DNA from: a virus
Lineage: Duplodnaviria > Caudoviricetes
Direction: 5' to 3' (one strand)
DNA length: 43,304 nt
Virus record (IMG/VR): IMGVR_UViG_3300049847_000423
Location: 1 to 43,304 of that record
A program made the translations under genes and the position numbers. Below are positions 1 to 9,303 of the stretch, in pieces (position 1 is the first letter of the stretch; every line of letters begins with the position of its first letter). The notes under the pieces were generated by a model. It had not been told where the DNA came from, did no database searches, and worked only from the letters and a program-made list of their open reading frames with translations.

Positions 1-127
1 TATCAAAAACGACCATGATTTATTACTGCCAAATTATGAATTGTTTGTAACAAATTATGAAAGTATTGGTAAAGTGTCAGATAAAGATTTTGATTTGATT
101 ATTTGTGATGAAGCACATTGTTTAGGT
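1..127. repeat. 127-bp terminal direct repeat (identical to 43178-43304); circular assembly overlap
   Basis: Exact identity of the first and last 127 nt; the helicase ORF reads in frame across the junction. Confidence 0.97.
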
Positions 128-1096
128 CAGTTTCCTCAACCTGCAGAACGAACAAAACAACTCAAAGAGTTATGTAAAGGAAAGCCAATAATTTATTTAA
201 GTGGCACTCCAACACCTGAAAGCTATAGCCAAATTTACCACCAGTTTTGGATAAGCGATTACTCCCCTTTTGCAGATTACACAACTTTTTATAAGTGGGC
301 TAATGAGTTTGTAAATAAGAAAAAACGCTACTTCTACAACAGAGAAGTAAACGATTACAGTAACGCAAAGAAAAACGAAATAGATAAATTTTGTAAGCAT
401 TTATTTATGAGCTACACACAAGCAGAAGCTGGTTTTATTCAAGATGTAAAAGAAGAAGTGCTACTAGTAAAAATGAAAGAGGAAACCTACAATCTTGCTG
501 AAAAGATGCGTAAAAAAAGGGTTCACATAGGTAATGATGGTGCAGAAATATTGGCTGATACCGAAGTAAAACTAATGCAAAAGCTGCATCAAATTTATAG
601 CGGTACAGTTAAGGCTGAAAATGGCGAAGCGATTGTATTTGATACCTCAAAAATAGAAGCTATTAAGCAAAAGTTTACAGGAAAAAAAATAGCCATTTTT
701 TACAAATTTATTGCTGAGGGAGAAATGCTTAAAAAGAATTTTAAAACAACTGGTGATGCCGATTTTTTTAATAGGTATGTGTATGGAGATTATAACGATA
801 TGGTATATATATCGCAGGTGCAAAGTGGGCGTGAGGGAATTGATTTAAGCACCGCCGATTGCTTAATAATGTACAATATTGATTTTGCAGCAGTAAGCTA
901 CCAACAAGCTCGGGCCCGTATTCAAAGCAAAGATAAAATTAAAGAATGCTTACTGTATTGGATTTTTTCGGAAGGTGGTATTGAACAAAAAATTTATGAA
1001 TCAGTGATTGGAAAACAGGATTACACTTTATCCTACTTCAAACGAGATTTTAAAATTAAAAGCTATGAGTCTGCAAGAGTTGATAAAGTTGGTTGA
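1..1096 (+). CDS. SNF2/SF2-type phage helicase, C-terminal part (gene starts at 42969 and crosses the circular junction, about 434 aa)
   Basis: DEAH (ICDEAH), motif III LSGTP, C-terminal GREGIDL and QARARI motifs; frame continuous with 42969-43304. Confidence 0.9.
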   Translation, partial: IKNDHDLLLPNYELFVTNYESIGKVSDKDFDLIICDEAHCLGQFPQPAERTKQLKELCKGKPIIYLSGTPTPESYSQIYHQFWISDYSPFADYTTFYKWANEFVNKKKRYFYNREVNDYSNAKKNEIDKFCKHLFMSYTQAEAGFIQDVKEEVLLVKMKEETYNLAEKMRKKRVHIGNDGAEILADTEVKLMQKLHQIYSGTVKAENGEAIVFDTSKIEAIKQKFTGKKIAIFYKFIAEGEMLKKNFKTTGDADFFNRYVYGDYNDMVYISQVQSGREGIDLSTADCLIMYNIDFAAVSYQQARARIQSKDKIKECLLYWIFSEGGIEQKIYESVIGKQDYTLSYFKRDFKIKSYESARVDKVG

Positions 1097-1178
1097 AGAT
1101 ATGATTAAAGAAAACCCTGATTATACAATCAAGGATTTTATTGAAATCAAAAATGAAATTGATGGGATTACTGGATAA
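1065..1178 (+). CDS. Small hypothetical protein (37 aa, MSLQELIKLVEDMIKENPDYTIKDF...)
   Basis: Manual translation; overlaps the helicase stop and the next start, as expected in an operon. Confidence 0.5.
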   Translation: MSLQELIKLVEDMIKENPDYTIKDFIEIKNEIDGITG

Positions 1179-1584
1179 AATAAAATCTGATTTAAAAAAA
1201 AATGTAAAGGTCTCGAATTCGACACCTTTAATTCCACCGAATTCGGTGGAATTAAAACAAGAGCATCTGCCAATAATTGATGCTATAAATGATGATGACG
1301 TTGTAGAGCAAAAAGAAGAAGTTAACGATGTTCTATTTCCATTTAAAAACAGGAATGAATTAAAAGATAAAGCCACAGAGTTGAGGTTGTTTTTTAAATC
1401 ATTTGCAATACCTGAAAAAAAAACAGTATTTGGAAAAGGAACACAAATAAATAACCCGAAGGAGTTTATAGAAGCCATTTTAAAACTAATGGTTACCTAC
1501 TGGCACGACCAGTTGTATATCCGAGACAGGGTTTGCGACTTGATGTTTTTGAAAGATTGTTTTGAACAAAAAAGAATGAAATAA
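1162..1584 (+). CDS. Hypothetical protein in the replication operon
   Basis: ORF track 1141..1584; ATG at 1162 preferred; stop overlaps the next ATG. Confidence 0.65.
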   Translation: MGLLDKIKSDLKKNVKVSNSTPLIPPNSVELKQEHLPIIDAINDDDVVEQKEEVNDVLFPFKNRNELKDKATELRLFFKSFAIPEKKTVFGKGTQINNPKEFIEAILKLMVTYWHDQLYIRDRVCDLMFLKDCFEQKRMK

Positions 1585-1859
1585 TGAAAGAGGCAGTATT
1601 ACAAGCGAAAATAATTAAGGCTCTTGAGACAGATGGGTGGTTTGTATTAAAACTAATCCAAACAAATAAAAACGGAATACCCGACTTGGAGATTATTAAA
1701 ACAGGTAGGGTTATTTTTTTAGAGATAAAGAGTGATACAGGCAAGGTTAGCGACTTACAACTATACAGAATTGAGCAACTTAAAAAGTTTGATACTGAAG
1801 CCTATTTGATTAAAGGATGGAGTGGCTTTGTTGAATTTAAAAAAATGATACAAGAATGA
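1584..1859 (+). CDS. VRR-NUC domain nuclease (putative Holliday junction resolvase)
   Basis: E..LQ, GIPDL, FLEIK, G.VSDLQ pattern of VRR-NUC PD-(D/E)XK proteins. Confidence 0.88.
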   Translation: MKEAVLQAKIIKALETDGWFVLKLIQTNKNGIPDLEIIKTGRVIFLEIKSDTGKVSDLQLYRIEQLKKFDTEAYLIKGWSGFVEFKKMIQE

Positions 1860-4405
1860 AATTACTTGAACAAGCAAAAAAATATGCAAAACATAAATAT
1901 TCAATAATAGCAACCGATGCCCATAAAAGGCCAATTGGTTTATGGAAAGAATATCAAAGTGAAATAGCGAGTGACGATAAAATTAATGGCATGTTTTCCA
2001 ACAGCCGTGTTAGTGGTATTGCAGTTATTTGTGGAAAGGTAAGTAACTGTTTGGAAGTTATTGATGTGGATTCCAAGCATGATATTACAGGACAACTTTG
2101 GCAAGACTACATACAGGCTATTACTGATGCTAATATTGAACTTGCACAAAAATTACTAATAGCTAAAACAATTAACGGAGGCTACCACATATACTATCGA
2201 TGCGAAGTGGTTGATGGTAATAAAAAATTGGCCAGTAGGGAAACTACCACAGAGGAAAGAGAAAATAACCCACATGAGAAAGTAGTTGTTTTAATTGAAA
2301 CGAGAGGTGAAGGAGGATATGTTATAGCTGCTCCATCTGCCGGGTATGAGTTTATTCAAAATAAGCCTACACAATGCCCTGTTATAACTATTGAAGAAAG
2401 GGATATTTTGCTGGAAACCGCAAGGTCGTTTAATCAATGGCATGAAAAGCCAATTACACATCAGCCATCAGAGCCAAAACAATACAGCCTTTCCCCTTTT
2501 GACGATTATAACGACCGATGCGACATTGTTGCATTGCTTGAAAAACATGGATGGACAGTTGTAAAGGAAACAAACGAAAGGATTGTTTTCAAACGCCCTG
2601 GCAATACAAAAAGCAAAACGAGTGGCGATTTTTTAAAGGCTAAAAAATGGTTTTCAGTATTTACCACATCAAGCCAGTTTGAACCAAATCGGGCTTACCT
2701 ACCCTATGCAGTATATGCTGTTTTGGAGTGCAATAGCGATTTTAGTAAGGCTTCAAAACAATTGCTAAATGATGGGTATGGCAGGATTAGGAAAAAGATT
2801 GAGAAGAAAGCAGAGGATATTATCCGCCGCCTGAAACAAAAGGAAATGGGCGAAGATGAGATTATTGAAGAGTTGATTAAAAAGGCTGATTTGTCGTTGT
2901 CAGATGCCAAAGAAACAATCAAAAACTACAACGAAAATATAGGGCTTAAAATATTGACCTTTTGGGATGTAAATCCCGAAAACATGAAGATTAGTATAGT
3001 GCGGACAAAGTTTGTAAACTTCATTCAAAGTGAAGGTGGATTTGCTCTTTATTACTATGATAAAAATTCAAACCTATTCCGCATCATTCGGGAAGAAGAT
3101 GGATTAATTGAAGAAGCCAGTCCGGAACAGATGAAAAAATTTGTGCAGCAGTACATCCAAACCCTTCCTGCTGTATTTGATAATACGACTAATGAAGATT
3201 TGTTGGAGGTTGTTTACAAAAATCACAACATATTATTTGCTGAAAACTTTTTGGAATTCCTGCATCGTAACGATGTTGATTTTTTAAAAGACACTAAGAA
3301 TGCTGCTTATTTTCCTTTCAAAAATGGAGTTGTTTGTGTTACAAAAGACAAGTACGAATTAAAAACTTATGGGGAGCTAAAGAAAAGTATTTGGAAAAGC
3401 CAGGTGATAAACCATGAAGTGATTTTATACAATGAAAGCGAAGTTGAGCCATCCAATATTGAGTATTACAAATTCATTCAGAAAATATGTAGCGATGATC
3501 CTGAAAGGATAGAATACTGCATGAGTATTATCGGATACTTACTGCATAAGTATAAAGACAAATCAAACACATATAGCGTGGTGCTTACGGAGGAAACGGA
3601 CGATGAGAAAAAAGGCGGCGGCACCGGCAAGGGGATATTTACTTATGCTCTTACGCAACTAATTAATACGGTTCAGGTAGATGGGAAGAATTTCAAGCTG
3701 GATAAAAATTTTGCTTTCCAAAGGGTAAAACTTGATACAAAACTGATTGCAATAAATGACATCCGTAAGCGGATAGATTTTGAGGGTTTTTACTCAATCA
3801 TTACGGAAGGTATAACGATTGAAAAAAAGAATAAGGATGAACTTTATATACCCTATGAAGATGCTCCTAAAATTCTATTCAGCACCAACTATACTATACC
3901 AGCATCGGCCAACCATGCCAAGCGTAGGCTTCGGGTATTAGAATTCAGTCAATACTTTAAGGAGAATTTACCAAAAGACTTTTTTGGGCATCAGCTTTTC
4001 GATGACTGGGATAGAGATGAATGGAACAGATTTTACAACTTAATGTTTTGCTGTGTGCAGATGTATTTACAAAGTGGTATAGTAAACATTCAATTAAGAG
4101 ATAGCACTAAAAGAAAGGAGGTTAAAACGGCATTTGGTGATGAGTTTTTGACATGGTGGGATGATTACCACGAAACACCATTTGGAGGCTATCAGGAGCT
4201 TAAAAAATTGTATGAAGGTTTCTGTAAGATGAATGACTTTGATAAGAAGGACTACAGCCTACGCCGTTTTAAAAAAGCAATAGAAGATGCTTGTGAGTTA
4301 CTTGGTTATGAATTAAAGCAGCAAAAAGACCGACATGGTACCAATGTGAATGAAATTTTGATTAAAAAATTGCCTAATGGCGATAAAAAAGAAACAGAAA
4401 AATAG
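1856..4405 (+). CDS. Bifunctional primase-polymerase fused to a P-loop (SF3/D5-like) helicase
   Basis: N-terminal IDVD, T..GGYHIYY and ETRGEGGYVIAAPS Prim-Pol motifs; C-terminal GGTGKG Walker A, INDI Walker B, STNY motif C. Confidence 0.88.
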   Translation: MKLLEQAKKYAKHKYSIIATDAHKRPIGLWKEYQSEIASDDKINGMFSNSRVSGIAVICGKVSNCLEVIDVDSKHDITGQLWQDYIQAITDANIELAQKLLIAKTINGGYHIYYRCEVVDGNKKLASRETTTEERENNPHEKVVVLIETRGEGGYVIAAPSAGYEFIQNKPTQCPVITIEERDILLETARSFNQWHEKPITHQPSEPKQYSLSPFDDYNDRCDIVALLEKHGWTVVKETNERIVFKRPGNTKSKTSGDFLKAKKWFSVFTTSSQFEPNRAYLPYAVYAVLECNSDFSKASKQLLNDGYGRIRKKIEKKAEDIIRRLKQKEMGEDEIIEELIKKADLSLSDAKETIKNYNENIGLKILTFWDVNPENMKISIVRTKFVNFIQSEGGFALYYYDKNSNLFRIIREEDGLIEEASPEQMKKFVQQYIQTLPAVFDNTTNEDLLEVVYKNHNILFAENFLEFLHRNDVDFLKDTKNAAYFPFKNGVVCVTKDKYELKTYGELKKSIWKSQVINHEVILYNESEVEPSNIEYYKFIQKICSDDPERIEYCMSIIGYLLHKYKDKSNTYSVVLTEETDDEKKGGGTGKGIFTYALTQLINTVQVDGKNFKLDKNFAFQRVKLDTKLIAINDIRKRIDFEGFYSIITEGITIEKKNKDELYIPYEDAPKILFSTNYTIPASANHAKRRLRVLEFSQYFKENLPKDFFGHQLFDDWDRDEWNRFYNLMFCCVQMYLQSGIVNIQLRDSTKRKEVKTAFGDEFLTWWDDYHETPFGGYQELKKLYEGFCKMNDFDKKDYSLRRFKKAIEDACELLGYELKQQKDRHGTNVNEILIKKLPNGDKKETEK

Positions 4406-4454
4406 AAAAATGAAAAATTTTAGAGTAAAGAAATCGGTTTTTGAAATCTTTTTA

Positions 4455-4772
4455 AGTGGCAGTATTAGGCAATATGTGGCAGTATTAGGAAAACGCCCTT
4501 TTTTGCCCTCGTTTTTATGCATTTCCTACTTTCTACACCCCTTTACTATTTTAAAAAACAAAGTGGGTGTCGCCTATAATATAGAAAAAAACGAGGGCAA
4601 GAGGGCAGTCATTGATTATCAACGTTTTAAACGAGGGCAATTACGGGGCATAAAAAGGGCAACGAGGGCAGACGTTGATTATCAAATACTTAAAAAAATA
4701 GCGTAGTGGCAATAAGCGGCAATAAGCGGAAGCACTTCGGAATTAAACTGAAATAAGTGGCAATAACTGACA
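4455..4772. repeat. Putative replication origin: iteron-like direct and inverted repeats
   Basis: ACGAGGGCA at 4591, 4631 and 4662 with inverted TGCCCTCGT at 4504; TTGATTATCAA at 4612 and 4675; 10-bp-periodic GGCARTAW repeats at about 4457-4490 and 4706-4766; lies directly downstream of the primase-helicase. Confidence 0.6.
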
Positions 4773-4782
4773 ATTTATAATT

Positions 4783-5103
4783 ATGGAACCAGTTTTTTTA
4801 ATAGTTGATTTGTTTTGTGGATTTGGTGGCACAACAACAGGCTTTGCAGATGCAATGGTTCATGGCAATAATATTGCCAAAGTGGTAGCCTGTGTAAACC
4901 ATGATCCTAAAGCTATCAAAAGCCATTGGCTTAACCACCCTGATGTTACCCATTACGAAGAAGATATAAGGATATTGGATTTAAGCGGATTGGTAGCATT
5001 AGTTGAGTATTGGAAGTGTATTTACCCCAATGCTTACATCGTACTATGGGCAAGCCTGGAGTGTACTAATTTCAGCAAGGCAGAACTTAAAGCGAAATGG
5101 TAA
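4783..5103 (+). pseudogene. Truncated C5-cytosine DNA methyltransferase (N-terminal 106 aa only)
   Basis: Motif I DLFCGFGG and catalytic-loop ASLECTNFSKA are followed at once by a stop; motifs VI-X are absent. Confidence 0.8.
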
Positions 5104-5314
5104 ACTTGAACCTGCTGATTTACCAGATGAACTGAACCCACAATATTTATTTAGTTTAACACATACCGAACTGCTTTGTGCAATAGTAAATGGCAAGATA
5201 GATGCAAAGGAATTAGCCTGGAAGGAGCTACGAAACCGTGGATGTGATGCTAAAGGTAGTTGGGTTGGCTTTGACGGCTTTATAAAAGGAAAGACAGTTA
5301 AGAAGCCATTTTAA
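5084..5314 (+). pseudogene. 5'-truncated remnant or small hypothetical protein (…DELNPQYLFSLTHTELL…WVGF…)
   Basis: ORF track 5003..5314 has no in-frame ATG; protein-like sequence begins only after the methyltransferase break point. Confidence 0.45.
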
Positions 5315-5337
5315 TAAAAAATGTCCGCATTTGTCCT

Positions 5338-5383
5338 AAAAATACTCTAAATGATAAAAATATTATCTTTTAGAGTATTTTTG
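5338..5383 (+). promoter_or_regulatory. Palindromic operator overlapping a Bacteroidota -7 box (late promoter 1)
   Basis: 14-bp perfect inverted repeat AAAAATACTCTAAA/TTTAGAGTATTTTT; TATTTTTG at 5376-5383, 4 nt before ATG 5388. Confidence 0.7.
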
Positions 5384-5387
5384 TATT

Positions 5388-6725
5388 ATGGCAAAAGTAA
5401 AGCTGAAATGGCATACCGAACAGCGAAAGGTATCAGAACTGATTGGGTGGGATAAAAACCCACACGTAATGACCGATACAGAAAAGGGCAACCTTTCTAA
5501 ATCATTGGACAAATTTGACTATGTAGAGGTAGTTATTATCAATACAGATAACAGGCTTATTGGCGGCCATCAGCGTAGGAACGATTTTATTGCCAAAGGA
5601 AAGCATGATGAGCTTATTGATGTTCGAGTGCCTAATAGGAAATTGACTGATAAGGAGTTTGAGGAACTGGCAATTAGATTAAACAAAAATAGAGGACATG
5701 ATGATGAGGGACTATTGAAACAATTCTTTGCAGTGGATGATTTGAAAGATTGGGGGTTTGATGAGCAGGAACTTAACGACATTTTCGATATTGAAGTTGA
5801 ATTGAAAGAGGACAATTTTAACCTTGAAGAAGAACTGGCGAAAATAGAAAAGCCGGTAACAAAAAAATGTGATTTGTACTTATTGGGTAATCATAAGCTG
5901 CTGTGTGGAGATAGCACAAATGCTAATGATTTGGAGAAATTGGAATCCTTACAAATAGCTTCAGTAATATATTGCGACCCTCCTTACAATATCGGACTTT
6001 CATACCACAAGGGAATAAAAGGGAACAGCAACAAGAAAACATATACCAATAATGTATTCAGCGACAATATGAAGGATGCCGATTACCTTGAATGGGTAAA
6101 AAAAACAATTGCCTGTGCATTGCTTGTAAGTAAAAAAGATGTTCATATATTCTACTGGTGCGACCCTAAATATATAGGCTTAATACAAGCCGCTTTTCAA
6201 CAATCTAAAATTAAAAATAAGAGTGTTTGCTTTTGGCTAAAAAATCAATTCAACCCAGTTATTCAAATGGCGTTTAACAGGGTTATTGAGCCTTGCGTTT
6301 ATGGTACAATTGGTAAGCCACGATTGAATACAAATATTACCAATCTTTCCGAAATACTCAATCAAGATGTAAGCGGCAGAAATATACACGAAAGCGTTTT
6401 GGATATTACCGACCTGTGGTTAGCACACAGAGATAAAACCAACGACTATGTACACCCCACTCAAAAGCCAATAACATTACACGAAAAGCCGTTAAAGCGA
6501 TGCTCTGCACCTGGTGATACTGTTGTGGATTTGTTCGGTGGCAGTGGTAGCACTTTAATATCATGTGAGCAACTTGGCAGGAAAGCATTATTGATAGAAA
6601 GAGACCCTGTTTTTTGCGATGTGATAGTAAAAAGATGGGAAGCATTAACAGGGAAAAAAGCAACAAAAATTTCAACTAATGGCAAAAAAGAAGACAATAA
6701 AAAGTGTGGTTCAAAATCCGCCTGA
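5388..6725 (+). CDS. ParB-like N-terminal domain fused to an N6-adenine/N4-cytosine DNA methyltransferase
   Basis: N-terminal LIGGHQR (ParB/Srx-like); DPPY catalytic motif before HPTQKP and DLFGGSGS (beta-class order). Confidence 0.9.
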   Translation: MAKVKLKWHTEQRKVSELIGWDKNPHVMTDTEKGNLSKSLDKFDYVEVVIINTDNRLIGGHQRRNDFIAKGKHDELIDVRVPNRKLTDKEFEELAIRLNKNRGHDDEGLLKQFFAVDDLKDWGFDEQELNDIFDIEVELKEDNFNLEEELAKIEKPVTKKCDLYLLGNHKLLCGDSTNANDLEKLESLQIASVIYCDPPYNIGLSYHKGIKGNSNKKTYTNNVFSDNMKDADYLEWVKKTIACALLVSKKDVHIFYWCDPKYIGLIQAAFQQSKIKNKSVCFWLKNQFNPVIQMAFNRVIEPCVYGTIGKPRLNTNITNLSEILNQDVSGRNIHESVLDITDLWLAHRDKTNDYVHPTQKPITLHEKPLKRCSAPGDTVVDLFGGSGSTLISCEQLGRKALLIERDPVFCDVIVKRWEALTGKKATKISTNGKKEDNKKCGSKSA

Positions 6726-7095
6726 AGAAGATGAGGTATTTGAAAAAAGGCAGAAGGATTGGGAGATAAATCACGAGCTGATTTGTGAGTCTTTCTTTTC
6801 TTTTGTGCTAAAAAATAAGAAATACCCAACCTATTCCACACTTGCAAAGCAAACAAACCTAAATGAACGCACAATAAGGCGGCACTTGCAAGACACTGAC
6901 ATATTCGGTGATTTAAAATTGAAACTTAAAGCCATGAGTGAGCGTTCGCTAATTACCATAGGTATTAAAGCTGTAAAAGGTGAATCGGTGGCATGGAGTA
7001 AGTTGTTTCATGAGATAGTGGACGGTGTAGGCGGAGATAAAGAGCAATCAATAACAATCAACATAAACGGAAATCGTGTAGGTGCCAACAATTAA
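6679..7095 (+). CDS. Terminase small subunit (HTH)
   Basis: HTH-like YSTLAKQTNLNERTIRRH; directly upstream of and overlapping the large terminase. Confidence 0.65.
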   Translation: MAKKKTIKSVVQNPPEEDEVFEKRQKDWEINHELICESFFSFVLKNKKYPTYSTLAKQTNLNERTIRRHLQDTDIFGDLKLKLKAMSERSLITIGIKAVKGESVAWSKLFHEIVDGVGGDKEQSITININGNRVGANN

Positions 7096-8422
7096 CCTAA
7101 ATATTGACTATGACAGCGTTTTTTTACCTGTATATAAGCCACTTCAAACTACCGCCGCAAGATTAAAATTCATTTACGGTGGCAGAGATAGTGGTAAGAG
7201 TAGAGATATTGCCCAACGCAAAATAATTGACTGTCTTAGTAAATCATACTTCAGGTGCATACTTATCAAAAAGACATTCAACTCAATTAAGGATAGCCAA
7301 TGGCAGCTAATCAAAGACATTTGCGAAGAGTGGAATATTGACAGTTTATTTGAATTTAAAACAAGCCCCTTGGAGATAAAATGTAAAGTAAACGGTAACC
7401 GTTTTATCTGTCGTGGTATGGATGATCCCGCAAAAATTAAATCTATTAGTGAGCCGTCCGATGCTTGGATTGAAGAGGGTAATCAGTTGGTATTGGAGGA
7501 TTGGATTTACATCATTACTACCCTGCGTTCTAATAAGGGAGCGGTTGGTATTGAAATGAGCTTTAATACAGAAACAAAAGGCGACTTTGAGGATTTTTGG
7601 TTGTACAAAGAATACTTTAGCCACACTACCGAAAAATCATTTAGCCATAGTAAAACTATAAAATTTGGTACAGAAACAGTAAGTATCCCATACATAGCAA
7701 TTCACACTACATACCGAGACAATCCATTTGTAAGTACAGAGCGTAAGGCATACCATGAGGGATTGCAAACATTAAATTATTATTGGTATCGGGTATTTAC
7801 TTTAGGGGAATGGGGCAATGAGGAAAACAATAGTCCTTGGTTGTTTGCCTTTGATAGAAAAAAACACGTTTTCTCAACAGAACTTTTTGCTAAAAAATCG
7901 GAAATACTATATTTATCTTGGGACTTTAATAGAAACCCTACTGTTTGTACGATTATGCAATGGCCACAACAAAAAGAATTGCAAATAATTGAAGTCTTTA
8001 AAATACCCAATGTTGGAACAGAAGGTATATGCGAAATGGTAAAGCAAAAGTATTCAGGGTATTTATATATGGTAACTGGAGACTACTCCGGCGATACAGT
8101 AAGTTCTATTTTTAAAGAGCAGGTTACCAATTACACAGTTATCAAAAAAGAGTTGTTATTAAACGAGGGGCAGATAAAAATAACACCAAATCCACCATTA
8201 AAAAACAATAGGACTTTGGTAAATAATATATTTTCATCATTCCCTGTGAAAATATGTCCTGTGAAAGCCAAACCAGCCATCTATGACGCTGAAAATGTGA
8301 GAATGATTGCAGACGGTAGTATTGAAAAAAGAGACAGGAAAGACCCGGCACAACAGGCAGACGTTCTCGATACAATTCGATATTGGTGCAATATGTTTAT
8401 GGGTTGGTACACTAAGATTTAA
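7082..8422 (+). CDS. terL: Terminase large subunit (PBSX/SPP1-like)
   Basis: YGGRDSGKS Walker A, WIEEG Walker B, SFN coupling motif, TTYRDNPF, LSWDFN nuclease Asp, C-terminal DVLDTIRY. Confidence 0.93.
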   Translation: MPTINLNIDYDSVFLPVYKPLQTTAARLKFIYGGRDSGKSRDIAQRKIIDCLSKSYFRCILIKKTFNSIKDSQWQLIKDICEEWNIDSLFEFKTSPLEIKCKVNGNRFICRGMDDPAKIKSISEPSDAWIEEGNQLVLEDWIYIITTLRSNKGAVGIEMSFNTETKGDFEDFWLYKEYFSHTTEKSFSHSKTIKFGTETVSIPYIAIHTTYRDNPFVSTERKAYHEGLQTLNYYWYRVFTLGEWGNEENNSPWLFAFDRKKHVFSTELFAKKSEILYLSWDFNRNPTVCTIMQWPQQKELQIIEVFKIPNVGTEGICEMVKQKYSGYLYMVTGDYSGDTVSSIFKEQVTNYTVIKKELLLNEGQIKITPNPPLKNNRTLVNNIFSSFPVKICPVKAKPAIYDAENVRMIADGSIEKRDRKDPAQQADVLDTIRYWCNMFMGWYTKI

Positions 8423-8625
8423 AGCTCATTACCTGCTACATCTGTTGTGGTTAAAATTGGCTGAATTTGATTACATAGGGTTTCAAAGTCTATCAGGGAG
8501 CTTATTGTAGTTCCCGATATTGTAATTAAAGATGAACCCTTATCACTGGGGCCGATTGTTTCAATTCTATCTAAATTAACTAGCTTAATTCCCTCTCCCT
8601 CTATGGGCAGTTTTATCCAATTCAT
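8419..8625 (-). CDS. Small hypothetical protein (68 aa), divergent from late promoter 2
   Basis: ATG start; fills the gap between terL and the structural genes; TATCTTTA -7-like box upstream on the minus strand. Confidence 0.65.
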   Translation of the reverse strand: MNWIKLPIEGEGIKLVNLDRIETIGPSDKGSSLITISGTTISSLIDFETLCNQIQPILTTTDVAGNEL

Positions 8626-8641
8626 AAAATATTTTTATCAT

Positions 8642-8675
8642 AAAGATAATATTTTTATCAATTAGAGTATATTTG
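8642..8675 (+). promoter_or_regulatory. Second copy of the palindromic operator plus -7 box (late promoter 2)
   Basis: 8642-8670 is the reverse complement of 5342-5370 with 1 mismatch in 29 nt; TATATTTG at 8668-8675. Confidence 0.7.
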
Positions 8676-8692
8676 TTAAAAATTTTGTGTAA

Positions 8693-9292
8693 ATGAGTTG
8701 CAACAATGGTTGTTTTGAGGCTATAATTAGTTGCTGCGATAATATCGTGGTTAAAGCTGCTTTACCAGCTAACTATGGCATCTATTGGGTAATTCAAAAA
8801 GTGGGTAGTAGCAATATTTATCAAAAACTAACCCAAACAAATGCACAGGGAGATTTACTAATTAATAAATCTGATTTGCCATCAGGATTTTTAGAAAAAG
8901 GAAGCAATATAAAAATTCAATTAAAGAATGGTTCAAACTACTTACAACCAATAACATTTGTATTTGGAAGTAAAAACTATTCGTGTGCTTTAGCTAAGCT
9001 TTCAAATTTCAAAAAAGATGTTGGCGATACTAGTGGTGTAAACGTCATACAGTTCACAGATGCTGTTATTCCGCAAAATAATAGTAGTACATCAAATGAT
9101 AGTATTGTAGTTCCTTTTGTAAATCAAACATCAATTACTTACAATCATAATTTAGGTAGAGTTGTTGATGTAACAATATATGATTTATCAGGCAATTTAA
9201 TTATTGCCACCGTTACGGAAGATACCGTAAATCACAATTTTATAACTGTATCATTCACATCTTCTACAAGTGGTAGATTATTGATTGATTAA
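8693..9292 (+). CDS. Putative virion structural protein
   Basis: First gene of the structural block; C-terminal HNLGRVVDVTIYD beta-rich motif resembles that of the next gene. Confidence 0.55.
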   Translation: MSCNNGCFEAIISCCDNIVVKAALPANYGIYWVIQKVGSSNIYQKLTQTNAQGDLLINKSDLPSGFLEKGSNIKIQLKNGSNYLQPITFVFGSKNYSCALAKLSNFKKDVGDTSGVNVIQFTDAVIPQNNSSTSNDSIVVPFVNQTSITYNHNLGRVVDVTIYDLSGNLIIATVTEDTVNHNFITVSFTSSTSGRLLID

Positions 9293-9303
9293 AACTATTT
9301 TAA

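Noticed and set aside
1-127. Terminal repeat as a biological direct terminal repeat
   Set aside because: 127 nt equals a common assembler k-mer and falls in the middle of a gene, so it is best explained as a circular assembly overlap
4377-4706. 109-aa ORF (and antisense 4313..4522)
   Set aside because: It overlies the iteron and repeat region and has atypical composition; more likely a non-coding origin
4455-4772. Repeats as a CRISPR array
   Set aside because: Units are 8-11 nt with irregular spacing and no unique 30-40 nt spacers; the Cas4-like exonuclease is a typical stand-alone phage enzyme
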